Source: Octopus sinensis (Eukaryota). Taken from it: DNA of 64,000 nucleotides. The stretch covers positions 159,154,001 to 159,218,000 of the forward strand of contig NC_042999.1 in NCBI RefSeq assembly GCF_006345805.1. Reading direction: 5' to 3'. A program made the position numbers and the translations under genes. The notes under the pieces were generated by a model, which made no database searches, was not told where the DNA came from, and was given only the letters and a program-made list of their open reading frames with translations. Below, in pieces: positions 24,985-37,888 of the stretch. Every line of letters begins with the position of its first letter. Within the stretch, counting starts at the first letter, position 1.

Positions 24985-24985
<1 letters not shown>
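24155..24985 (+). pseudogene. R4/Dong-like reverse transcriptase fragment
   Basis: KLPNWKAAVPDRIRGYWLK; GNYRPISCLNL; EQKGC..GSKGTKDH..IDK; DFKKTYD; KRGIFQGDSCSPLLFVIALIPLS. Confidence 0.92.
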
Positions 24986-25387
<402 letters not shown>

Positions 25388-25929
25388 TTAATAATAATAA
25401 TAATTATAATTATAATTATAATTATAATACTAATAATAATAATAATAATAATAATAACTAATAATAATAACTAATTATAATAACTAAGTATCCAAAAAAG
25501 GTCGGGGCTGGTATAGACGACACAATATAGGGTTGTATAAAAGGGTGTAAACTGTAGAAAACAGAAATATAATACTTCAAATAAGAAATAATTTGCTAAA
25601 AAAGCGAGAACTCTAAGGGATACTCTTGGAACCGCATAAAACTACGGTCACTCTGATAACTAAGGTTGGTGCCCCACTCAATGCACAGGCGCATGTACAG
25701 AGTAGACTCACGCATTCGGATTATCCTTAAAACTTTCATTCCTTTATAAATATATTTGCTGGTAAGCAACACTTCCATCTCCAGCCTCAGTTTAGTTCTC
25801 GAGGGAAATTCAAAGAAGTTCATCAAGCATTGGCCAAAGTGGGATGTATCTATATTTAAGCGTTTCCATAATGCAATCCTGTCGGTACGATCTTCACAAT
25901 GGTATCAGTTGAAGGCTAGATCCATGCTA

Positions 25930-26088
25930 CAGGTGTGGCTGTGTGGTAAGTAGCTTGCTAACGAACCACATGGTTCCGGGTTCAGTCCCACTGCGTGGCA
26001 TCTTGGGCAAGTGTCTTCTGCTATAGCCCCGTGCCGACCAATGCCTTGTGAGTGGATTTGGTAGACGGAAACTGAAAGAAGCATGTCG

Positions 26089-26151
<63 letters not shown>

Positions 26152-26370
26152 ATGTGTGTGTTTGTGTGTCTGTGTTTGTCCCCCTAGCATTGCTTAACAA
26201 CCGATGCTAGTGTGTTTACGTCCCCGTCACTTAGCGGTTCGGCAAAAGAGACCGATAGAATAAGTTGTGGGCTTACAAAGAATAAGTCCCGGGGTCGATT
26301 TCTTCGACTAAAGGTGGTGCTCCAGCATGGCTGCAGTCAAATGACTGAAACAAGTAAAAGAGTAAAAGAG
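25930..26370 (+). mobile_element. SINE family A
   Basis: Homologous to 2086-2490. Confidence 0.92.
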
Positions 26371-29121
26371 TACACATAACAGCAGATGCTGGACACGACT
26401 TTACAAGTAAAGGTGTTCGGGCAACAGATGAAAGCGTGTAGAATAGTTTTGTTGCTCTGTGCACATGTCGGCCAGCACAGACTAACGGCATTTAGAACTT
26501 ATAGCAAGCTGGCAATGACTCTTGGTGGCATTATTAGGTCAGGTATTTCTGGAAATTATCCATAGCACGAAGGTCCTCCGAAAGAAATCAACCAGTTGAT
26601 TTGCATCGAGATTCAGGTTCTCCATGAGAACGTCATTACTCTTTGCCACTTATTACCTTCATAACAACGCCAGGATTGAGTCCTATCGAGTAATGAACTG
26701 CGATCTTGAGTAGACTTTCTTATATGCGTTAAAAGAAATGTAACACGCTTCAATTAATACCATTCTCTGCTCCAAATATATTTTTTCTTTCTCCCTTTCT
26801 CAACTCTGTATTGTATTCACATTTACTTGGAGTGTTTTGAATAACCCGGTAAAAAGCTTGAAAATGTTCGTTTCTTAAGAAACCTATAATAGCAGAAACA
26901 TACTTATTTCCTTACATATGAATATTTCCTCTGCAATAATTTGTATATCTGGTATTGTATATCTGCAATAATTTGTAGAACGTGTCTCGTTGAACTCTAA
27001 GTCAATTGCATACCTATTTATCTTTCATCATACATAAATGGAAGGGTTAAAGATAGAAAGAGAGAGAGAGAAAGAGGAAAGAAAGCGTGTGTCTGTACGT
27101 ATGTGTGTGTGTTTGTGTGCGTGACATTTAATCATTTGTTACTCTAATAAACTTATCTAATTTTAGTTTTTTCTATTACATTTCCAATCTAAAAAAAACA
27201 CTTATCACTTAACGATAACGTAAATTCTCCTCGTGAATTGCAGTGTATTACAACAATGTGTTGAAAATCTAAATATTTAGCACACTTTAAGAAATAAGTT
27301 TCTACGTCTCAAGTAATATTCATTTTTTTTTTTTCATTATTTTACACTCATTTTGTTCTTGGTTTGATTATTCAATTAGCAATTTTTTTACACACGTCTT
27401 AAGTGAATTTAAAATCAATTTTAACATATTTTACAGGAAGAGAGAAAATTGTAATTTATTTTATGTTTTGCATAGCTATTATCTTTTTTATAGGACACAT
27501 TTACACTGTTGTTTGCTCTTTTTCTGTAATAATAATGCTTTTCCCACAATATATCAGAGCAAACATTTTCATTTGAAAGACGTGTCACAGCTTGTCTACC
27601 TTCATAACATTCTTCCCGTTTTCGTTCTCTCTTCTTGTCTGTCTATCTCTCTGCATAATTTTATAACACGCATATACACCCGTGCACAAAGAACGAACGC
27701 AAAATTCTCTGACACAGATTCGTGTAGGGAGTATTTTCAGCAAATTGGAATGATAGAGAAAAACAATTAAGCAAAGTGCATAATGCACTATATTTGTAAT
27801 GAATTATAGTATGGATATAGAGAATACACGAGCATGTGGATCGAGGGATTAATTGAAAATAGTACTAAGCTTTCCAGTTTCAAAGAGCAATTGCGCTTGT
27901 GTGTCAATGGGGAAAAAACATTTATGTATCTGGTCTAGTAAGCATGTCAGTGAGTGGAGACAAGATAAATTGATTTCAGTAGATTTAAGATAGCACTGTG
28001 TAAACAATTCAATGGATTCGCTCGGCGTTCTGGAAAGAGCTTCTCTTTTAGTGTTGAAAATTTATGAATCGAAATATATTGAGGTTAGTTCAATTGATAA
28101 TATTAATCTTTCTTGCAAACAATAACATTGTGTCTCATCAAAATAAACCATTACCATATGTCTTCACTAATTCACATAAGATAACACGACGTATAATTTG
28201 CACCACATCAAGACTAACAAAATATAGCGAGCATAGTTATTAATGAAAATTGTGATCAAGGTTTTGAATATATTCTAGAGTACTTTTACTATCAAATTTC
28301 ATGGGAATGAAAGTGAATTTGACGTCATTGTATGTCAATTCAATATATTGAAACTTAACATTTTAAATTAAGTTAAATCTTATTTCTTAAATTTTACTTT
28401 TTAAAGTTTGTGTTTTGAAATATCCAAAGCATATTGCATGTATGTCTTAAATCCTATTGTATGAGATGCTAAATTTTCTCTCCGGATGCTACTATTATAC
28501 AATCAGTACAGCTTCAGCATTGTAGTCTAATGCTTAGTATTTATCATTAATTTCTTTTCAATAAACACACAGAATCGCCCCACTCTATAATTGCTATTTA
28601 TGTAATCCAATTAATCATGACTGATTAAATTAAATCGATGTTTTCCGGCCACATCTATAAATAAAGAGATATTGTTATACATAACGTATATAAACCTAAA
28701 TACAGTTGCTAAATGAGTCGGTTGTATGGTGGGAAAATAACCAATCAAAACAATGTGTACTGTTATTCTCATCCCGACAGAGCAAACTTAGATATTGCTG
28801 TCATTAAGTCCTAGATCAGAATTATAAGCTGATCTGCAATCAAAGGCATTCCAGCCACGACCATTCCATCTGTTCGAATATAAATAACTATTTTGTTCAA
28901 AGTAGTCTTCCTAATATTTTAAAAATACTTTATGCCACGAAGTTAGGGTACCATATCTAGTTATTTGTGTATCCGCAGAGAAGATCCCTTCTTAATAAAC
29001 CGAAGTCGACATTGTAGAATGATAAAAATGAAAACACAGTAAAATGACCGAGTGTTCTATTAAAGTGTGACTCGTTTAGTGATTATAGTTTAAGAAGGGA
29101 TACTGAAGCCACACTGATATA

Positions 29122-29531
29122 CTCTTTTACTCTTTTACTTGTTTCAGTCATTTGACTGCGGCCATGCTGGAGCACCGCCTTTAATCAAGCAGCTCGACCT
29201 CAGGACTTATTCTTTTGTAAGCCCAGTACTTATTCTATCGGTCTCTTTTTGCCGAACCGCTAAGTAACGGGGACATAAACACACCAGCATCGGTTGTCAA
29301 GCAATGCTAGGGGAGCAAACACAGACACACAAACACACACACACGCATATATATATATACATATATACGACGGGCTTCTTTCAGTTTCCGTCTACCAAAT
29401 CCACTCACAAGGCTTTGGTCGGCCCGAGGCTATAGTAGAAGACACTTGCCCAAGGTGCCACGCAGTGGGACTGAACCCGGAACCATGTGGTTGGTAAACA
29501 AGCTACTTATCACACAGCCACTCCTGCGCCT
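29122..29531 (-). mobile_element. SINE family A
   Basis: Reverse-complement copy. Confidence 0.92.
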
Positions 29532-29763
29532 ATATCATAAATATATTTTGTGACGATCGAATAATAAAAAAAGTTGATATTATGCAAATGAATTCGTTCT
29601 TATTGCATATAGGAGACAATATTGAAATAGGTACAGAATATATCTACAAATTGTAGGGCGTTGTAATATTCATTTTCTGTAATCAAAATATGTTTTTTGT
29701 CATGCATAAAACCAGTACAAACTATTCTACAAAACTAGTAAACTTATGAAATTGGGCTAGATT

Positions 29764-29811
29764 GAGTCATATCAGCTGATTTCAGATTCGATTAATCTTC
29801 ATCAGTGACCC
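29764..29811 (-). ncRNA. Type I hammerhead ribozyme, canonical core
   Basis: Minus strand: GGGUCA-CUGAUGA-AGAUU aaucg AAUCU-GAAA-UC agcu GA-UA^-UGACUC; helix I 6 bp, helix II 5 bp, helix III palindrome AUCAGCUGAU. Confidence 0.85.
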
Positions 29812-30228
29812 ATTACTCCGTCCCCGCAGGTTAAACAGTTAATGTCAGCTTTGTCAGCCTTATAGAGAAAACGATAGGAAACATCGACTGATTTCGATAA
29901 TGGTGAGTGAAAATTATAAATTATAAAGCTGATTATTTGCAATTTAAAACCGATAGACAATAAGTACAATCGTCACTAAAGTGACGGAGGGGTTACCAGC
30001 ATTGCTAGAAATAAGAGCCAAAATAGCTGCCGGCCACGTGAGAGCAATTTTGTAACGGCTGACAAGGGCGACATGCTCCCTACCTACGTTAGTTGGCGAA
30101 TAACCACCTTAATAATTTATATATATATATATATATATATATTTAACAATTGCAGCGTGGAAGGTGTTTATAAGCCATTTAAGAAACACACAAAAGCCGT
30201 TCGATTCACTCCAACATTTAAGTTTAAT

Positions 30229-30276
30229 TTGTCAAAATATTTTCGTCGCTAAAATCCGCGACCTGTTCACTGACAA
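30229..30276 (-). ncRNA. Hammerhead fold with GUGAACA core (left-arm copy)
   Basis: Reverse complement of 30311-30358. Confidence 0.68.
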
Positions 30277-30309
30277 GTCCGTGCTGCATCACCGAGATGC
30301 AGCACGGAC

Positions 30310-30359
30310 TTTGTCAGTGAACAGGTCGCGGATTTTAGCGACGAAAATATTTTGACAAA
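30310..30359 (+). ncRNA. Hammerhead fold with compensatory G3:C8 core
   Basis: UUUGUCA-GUGAACA-G-GUCGC ggauuuua GCGAC-GAAA-auau-UU^-UGACAAA; helix I 7 bp, helix II 5 bp, helix III palindrome AAUAUU. Confidence 0.7.
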
Positions 30360-30517
30360 TTAAACTTAAATGTTGGAGTGAATCGAACGGCTTTTGTGTG
30401 TTTCTTAAATGGCTTATAAACACCTTCCACGCTGCAATTGTTTTCGTTTCAGCACACGATCTCAGATCAAATTACTTGCTATGCGAGTACATCTCCGTAA
30501 TATATATATTTATTCAT

Positions 30518-30597
<80 letters not shown>

Positions 30598-30616
30598 GTA
30601 TGTATATATATATATA

Positions 30617-30647
<31 letters not shown>

Positions 30648-30668
30648 ATGTATGTATGTATATGTATG

Positions 30669-30711
<43 letters not shown>

Positions 30712-30949
30712 GTTAGTCATAGAAGAATCATTATAATGAGTTAACGACTTTATATACGGTATCAAACCTCCACCATACATCATATATAAATAAATATTAC
30801 AATGGCTTTCATAATATATAAATCAAAATATAAAATATATAAGACATACAAATAAAGAAAACCACCAAAAGTAAAACAAAATATACATATATGCGAAAAA
30901 AATCAGGTGTAGGAACGTCCCATCAAAACGACTAAAAATTTATAAAATA

Positions 30950-32194
30950 TCAAGTCACCCCATATGCTCCGTCCGGATTTTGAATAAAGAAAACAAGTGA
31001 TCAAATGTTATATTTAATTGAAATTTAATCATCAATGTACTTTCCCTGATTATCTATGACTTTCATTTATTTACAAGCTTTTTAATCCCATGAATGTAAA
31101 ACTCTTTTGGTTTCAAAGCGAAGAACTCTAAAATGTCAGTCTTGACCTCCTCCTGGCATTCGAAAGTTATGTCTCCCAAGTGATTCTGTAAACTACAAAA
31201 CAAATGGTAGACTGAAGTAGTAAAGTTGGGAGAATAAGGTGGATGAAGAATTTTTCCCAACCAAGCTCTTCGATCTTCTGTGATGTGATCTTTGCAGTGT
31301 GGGGTCACGCATTGTCCTGATGAAACATCACCCCTTTTCGATTCACTAAAGCGGGTCTTTTTTTCTTCAAAGCTTGGTTCAAATGCTCCAATTGCTGACA
31401 GTACACTTGAGCATTGATTGTTGCAGTAGGTGGTATTAATTCAAAGTAAATTACTCCTTTGCAATCCCACCAGATAGAGAGAAAACCCTTTTTCCCATGA
31501 AGTTCCCTTCTCGGTTATGGTTGAGCTTTTTCCCTTTTACCAAGCCACTTTTCGATAGAAGATCCATTTTTCGTCACCAGTCACAAGTCTATCCAAAAAT
31601 GATGAAGTGAGTTCGCAAGAATGGAGAGAAGAGCAGATTTAACTTGGGATATGCGGTTGCTTTCGGGTGATTCATGAGGCACCCATTTTCCAAGTTTAGG
31701 AACATTTCCAAGATGTTGAAGAGGACGATGAAGAGTTGTATGGTTTAAACTAAGCTTTATTGCCAATTCTTCAACTGATAATGCAGGATTTTCTTCAAGT
31801 AATGCTTCAAAGAGCTTATCATTATACTCAACTGGACGTCCTGTTCGATCTTCATCTTTAAGTCTGAAATCTCCACTTCTGAATTTTGCAAACCATCTTC
31901 TACAAGTTCTTTCATTCAAGCGTTGTTTCCCATAAACTGAGTGTATGTTTCGAATCGCTTCGGCTGCAGAGTGTCCTTTTTTGTACTCAATGCTCTTTGG
32001 ATACTTCCATGTTAGAAATGGTTTTGATCAAAGAAATTTTAATTCTATTATTTTGTAAAATAATATCTAATTAGTTCAGATGTACACAAATGCACAAAAA
32101 TAAATTTTAATTCCAATAAGACATTCTAAAATACTATTGAATTTCATTCAATTTTTAAAAAGTAAAATCGGACAGAACTTATGGGATGACCTGA
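30950..32194 (-). mobile_element. Mariner (DD34D, Mos1-like) element, full length and decayed
   Basis: TA-flanked imperfect TIRs tcaagtcaccccatatgctccgtccg / tcaggtcatcccataagttctgtccg; ERTCRRWFAKFRSGDF.L.DE.RTGRP, GKWVPHE and HPPYSPN....YHLF.SLQNHL. Confidence 0.93.
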
Positions 32195-32510
32195 TACTTA
32201 AGATAGTAAAAATGTGTCATGCTGAAAAACTTGAGAAAGCAGGTAAACAACTAAAGAATAAATCGACTAAAAAGTTATTATTACTTCACTCGCACCAAAA
32301 GTTAATAATCCATGAGTAAAATATTTCGAATAAAAATATACGTCCACACAGAATATAATAGTTCGTGAGAAAGTTTTCCCTTGTGATAATAAAGCTTAGT
32401 CAAATAGGATTAAACAACAAATTAAATTATCTTTAATCCAGTTACATACGATGTTAGTACTGAAGGATATTATTGATGTTACTTTGTTTGTTACACCCAC
32501 CTTACATGTA

Positions 32511-34269
32511 CGAGGGTTGGTGGAAGAGCTCATAGGTGGACTATGGGGGAGTGATGCTAGAGATGTGAAATTTTGCAGGCATTAACTTCCGTCCTTCTTA
32601 TTAATAACACCTTGTTTCTTTCCATGTTAATTGACATTTGGCTGTTCAAAGAACACTTCAAATGTCACAAGTAGCGAGCTCTCTTGAAAAATGGTTTAGG
32701 CCCCAAGGATATTCATGTTGACATGATTAAGACATTAGGTGATGACACTCAAGCTTTAGGCGTGTCTGTGTGGTTAGGAGTTTGTTTCGCCGCCACATGG
32801 CTCCAGGTTCAATCCTACAGCGTGGCACCTCGGGCAAGTGTCTTCTACTGGAACCTCGAGCCGACTAAATCTCGTGAGTGAATTTGGTAGACGGAAACTG
32901 AAAAAAGTCCGTCGTACTATGTTTGTATATATCTATGTATGTATGCCCTTATGTCTAAGTTTGTCCCCTACCATCGCTTGACAACCGATGTTGGTGTGTT
33001 TACGTTTCCGTAACTTAGCGGTTCAGCAAAAAAAAAGACTGATAGAAAAATTACCAAGCTTTAAAAACGTATTTACTGGAGTCGACTCTTTCGACTAAAA
33101 TTCTCCAAGGCGGTGCCCCAGCATGACTGCATTCTAATGACTGAAACAAGTAAAAGCTTTTGCAAAATGCAAAAGAGGGCAGCTGAATTTCGGAGAAGCG
33201 GGATTCTTGAAGATGACCCAATGTTTGGAAATCGTACAACTGCCACCACAGAAAAAATATTGACCGTTTTCACATTCTGATTGTTAACAGGTGACTGACT
33301 ATGATTTAAATAGCCAATTCTATTAGCATATCTCGTGAAAGTGTTAATAACATGCTTCTCAATGAACTTGGTATGATGAAGGTTTCTGCTCAGTTGGTTG
33401 GTGCCACGTCTTCTGATAGCTGATCAAAAGGCAACAATGCAACGGAAAGTGCGATGAATATTAATGCAGTTTATGGGGATCGGACAATAAGCGTAAGCCA
33501 ATGTCAACAGTGGTTTCAGAAATTCCGAGCCGGAAACTACAGCCTAGAAAACGAGCCTCGTCCCAGATCTGTAGATCTCGACGAGAACACTACGGAAAAT
33601 ATCTTACACTGTTTTAGGCAGATTCAGTTGGTTTCTTGGAACGTCTACTAACCCAGGATGCGGTGTTGGGTTCATCACTTTCAGTAATAGACAAAGAGAC
33701 AATCCATACAGTCGAAAAAACCCTCCTCACCTGCTCCAAAGAAGGTTGAGGTCGTTACATTTGCAGAGATGAGTGCCTCAGACATTTGGCATGCAAAAGG
33801 CATTGCCTATATTGGCTATCTTCAAAAGGGTCACACCATCATAGGAGAGAACCATGTCAACTTGATGAGGCAGTTACAAAAGTCTATCAAGATCAAACGC
33901 CCAAGAAAGCTGACGAAAGGGATCTTCTTTCATTAGGATAATAATCTAGCACATTCGTTTTTGGTTCCAGTAGCTACTGTGCATTATGGCTTTGAAATCG
34001 TTAATCACACACCCTCCTGATTTGTCCCCATCTGACTCTTATCTGTTCCCCAACATAAAAAAAAACACTTGACTGAGATAACGTTATATCTGCTAACTTT
34101 TTTAACCAGTAGGATGAAAACTTGTTCCCTAATGGGATCCAAGCACTGCAACAGCAAGAGTAGAAGTGTGTAGAAAACAAGAGAGAGACTATGTTGGAAA
34201 ATAAACCTAATTTAGTCACAGTCCATAAGAGTACTTTGGTCAGCCTATAAACCTTTCAGCCGACCCTCG
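32511..34269 (+). mobile_element. Second mariner element (cgagggt TIR type), interrupted
   Basis: TA|cgagggttggtggaag... and ...ctttcagccgaccctcg ends; MIKTLGDD..AL...QK.AAEFRR, WVPRLL, TQDE.WVHHF, DL.PSD.YLFPN, GIQALQ..KCVE. Confidence 0.87.
32758..33153 (+). mobile_element. Diverged SINE A inserted in the mariner
   Basis: Flanked by direct repeat aagcttt (32751-32757 and 33154-33160); the mariner frame resumes across it. Confidence 0.85.
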
Positions 34270-34659
34270 TCTATGTGCTGCAAATTGACGTTAGTGTTCT
34301 TCGGATGTGATTCATTTTGTCCTCAGAAGTAATTGGAGTCATCTACTCTTGCTTGGAATCGATTCTTCTAAATGTATTTATGATGTACTGTATTTTATGT
34401 TGTGCTGTATTAGTATAAATATGTTCATGAATTCGAGCAGATAATCATGCTAGATGAAACAGTTTAAATATTCCAATCGTTTAAAGATATGTTTATTTGT
34501 TGTTTAAGTTTAGCCCAATGATAGCTCTAATAAGTGTTACTAAGATCACACAATCTAATGCATCTCATCTCGCTTCAAAGGTGACTGGAAGGAATTCGAA
34601 GGAGAATTATCCATAATTATTTTCTTCCTCTTTGATTTTCAAAGAGATATTCAAATCAG

Positions 34660-35125
34660 CTGGTCAGCTGACCTCTATGACGGTACATACATTTTCGTTG
34701 TCTGCCCGAGGCAACATTATCCGGCCCGTTATGCTTACATTTGATTGATGTTTTGATGAGAATTTTCCACCAGTATTCTTTGTATTGATGTTTGTGTATG
34801 TATTCAATAACAGGAGACTTTGCTACAATGTCTTGCTGCATAGAGATGTAGTACCTTGATTACGTTTTTGGGGCAGCTGCTATTCACGTGTATGACATCG
34901 TCCACATAAATATGACATAATCTACATTTCCGATGGCAAGTTAGAATTCATAGAGCTTCATTGTCCCTTTTGTTTATTAGGTATTTAGCAGCAATCACTT
35001 GTTTTTGGATTGCAAATGCGTAGTCTTCGTAATGTGGTGTTATGTAGCGGACATGAGTCCAAGAAACGCTTCGCTTCATCTCAATATTACTGTCTTCTTC
35101 AAGTCTCCAGGAAAAATAACCATCC
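34660..35125 (-). pseudogene. RLE-type non-LTR element fragment (R4/NeSL-like)
   Basis: YAFAIQKQVIAAKYLINKR; KCRLCHIYVDDVIHVNSSCP (CCHC); DIVAK; KEYWWK..IKT..KCKHNGPD (about HNRPD). Confidence 0.75.
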
Positions 35126-35136
35126 GTGGTCTTTAT

Positions 35137-35236
<100 letters not shown>

Positions 35237-35494
35237 GCTGAGCGTCTAACATCCAGGTCTATTTTGAGGTATGTTAGTCCTGCTTATTTTGGAGTTGCAT
35301 GGCAGATCATCAGGAAGTGAGTACTTCTTAAGAGCTCGGTACGGACCCGTAGGACATTCTTCTCTTCACTTTATAGCACTAAGTATTCATTTTTGTTGCA
35401 GTCATTTAACAAGTGCTGTCTGTAGAAAACTGTACGACATTCGAAGGCTGTCTGCATTGATCTCAAGCCTCACACATTTTACATTGATGTCTCA

Positions 35495-35660
35495 CATGTT
35501 ACAGTGGAGGGAGACAACCTACAGGGATGATGTCACACGTCTTGTAGTGAATAGAGACATCCTACAATAATGCCACACACCCGGAATTAATGTCGCACCT
35601 TCTGCAGTAATGTAACACCTTCTGCAGGGATAATACACATTCTGCAGCAATGTCACATGG
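35495..35660. repeat. Degenerate ~20-bp minisatellite
   Basis: Variants of aatgtcacaccttctgcagt repeated several times. Confidence 0.6.
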
Positions 35661-36109
35661 AGATGACGGCCTGTATACTGCGAAATTGTGGGTTTGTTCG
35701 ATATAATTCAGTTTTAACTTCAGCTGGTGTACCTACATAAACAACTTGAAGATATGTGCGTCAGTAATGTGTATAATTACAGAATTATATAATTATTTCT
35801 TGTGGCTAATTTCACCCGATGTATCGCGCGCGCAATTTCGCACAGACACACACACGAGTTATTGGGGGAAACTAGCCAAAAATATATATATAATTATTTA
35901 ATTCTCGTGATAGCTCATATTACTAGTATATAGATTGGGGTGGGGTGGAGTGGCATGGGGTGGAGTGGCATGCGGGACAAAGAAGTCGCTTGTTGCGTTT
36001 GGAGATTTAATCTTATGTCTAGTTTACAGTAACTATTAGGCTGATTGGATAGGGTACGAAGTTAATGTTAACAAATCCCACACCCCAACTTCCTTGGTTT
36101 TAGAGATCA

Positions 36110-36315
36110 GGTCATGTGAGGGGATTTAGTAGACGGAAACTGGAAATACTTTCAGAAATATGCATGTGTGTGGGTGCGCGTGTGTCCAACTACCGCTGGG
36201 CAACCGGCAAAAGAGACCTATAGGATAAGTACCCGGTTTTAAAAAGTACTAGAATCGATTCATGCGACTAAAGTTCTTCATTGTGGCTTCTAATGGCTGA
36301 ACAAGTAAAAGATAA
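36110..36315 (+). mobile_element. Old, internally deleted SINE A
   Basis: gtagacggaaactg...ggcaaaagagacc...ataagtac...ctgaacaagtaaaaga. Confidence 0.7.
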
Positions 36316-36331
36316 ACTATATATATATATA

Positions 36332-36863
<532 letters not shown>

Positions 36864-37057
36864 TAGATAGAGATATATAAATGGAGTGTTATTCAAATTT
36901 GTTTACTTCTGACATGTTTCGAAAACAGCATTGGAATTATTCCAAAGGAATGGAATGGTGTAAAACAATGTAATCTTCTCATCAGGGTAAGAAAGAAAAA
37001 AAAAAAAACTCATCAATAAGACATTTTAACAGAATGTGATGGATGTGTGTGTGTGTG

Positions 37058-37390
37058 TGGAGGCACATGACTCAGTGGTTAGCGCGTCGAGCTTACGATC
37101 GTGAGGTTGTGAGTTCGAATCCCGGACCGGGCTGTGTGTTGTGTTCTTGAGCAAGACACTTTATTTCACGTTGCTCCAGTTCACTCAGCTGTAGAAATGA
37201 GTTGCAACGTCACAGGTGCCAAGTTGTATCAGCCTTTGCCTTTCCCTTGGATAACACTGGTGTTGTGAAGAGGGGAGGCCGGTATGCATGGGCGACTGCT
37301 GGTCTTCCATAAACAACCTTGCTCGGACTTGTGCTTGGGAGGATAACTTTCTAGGTGCAATCCCACGGTCAGTCACGAATGAAAGGGGCC
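37058..37390 (+). mobile_element. tRNA-derived SINE group C, variant 1
   Basis: A box tgactcagtggttag, B box gagttcgaatccc, then gtgttcttgagcaagacacttt box. Confidence 0.85.
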
Positions 37391-37565
37391 TCAGGATAGA
37401 TGGGTATAATGCTGAACGGAAGGCTATTAAGTGTTTTTTTTTAAAAAATTAGAAGATATAACGTGAAAGGTAGCCTATAGGAAGAGGAGGGGGTAATGGA
37501 AAGAAATAAGCAGAAAAGTAATACATGAGAAATATAGAGCGATATGTGAATTAAATAAAAGCTTA

Positions 37566-37879
37566 ATAGGTAGTTCTTCTTCTCAGTTATCTAAAAGAAT
37601 TTCTGATCATTACTCTACATTTAGGGACAGTAATAAACGTAACAGTACAGGGCTTAGTAAATTAATTTGGTATCTAAAAGACCATAATAAACAAATTAAT
37701 TTAGATTAGTTGATTCTCTCCATTTCCTTCCCATATAATAAAGACAAAAATTCTGCCAACTCTGTAATAGTGAACTATTTTCTGTTCTATTTTCGAAGAA
37801 TCCCTTTGTAAACACAATTATAGAGCTTGCTTATCGATGTAAACATTGGCAGAAACATACCTTTAGTTCATATAAGTGA
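37566..37879 (+). pseudogene. Inverted duplicate of the PLE GIY-YIG C-terminus
   Basis: DHYSTFRDSNKRNSTGLSKLIWYLKDHNK...CQLCNSELFS...CKHWQKHTFSSYK*; reverse complement of 37889-38191. Confidence 0.82.
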
Positions 37880-37888
37880 TATCGACCA

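Larger units (their letters stand above)
30145..30442. repeat. Near-perfect 298-bp palindrome (PLE-derived inverted duplication)
   Basis: Arms 30145-30290 and 30296-30442 differ by one indel; 5-nt loop accga; right-hand sequence continues to (TA)n at ~30500. Confidence 0.95.

Noticed and set aside
25760-25930. Possible mariner C-terminal remnant (DLAFN*YH)
   Set aside because: Too short and degenerate to support
35935-35975. G-rich ggggtggagtggcat duplication (possible G-quadruplex)
   Set aside because: Mostly GG runs in a short tandem duplication; no functional context
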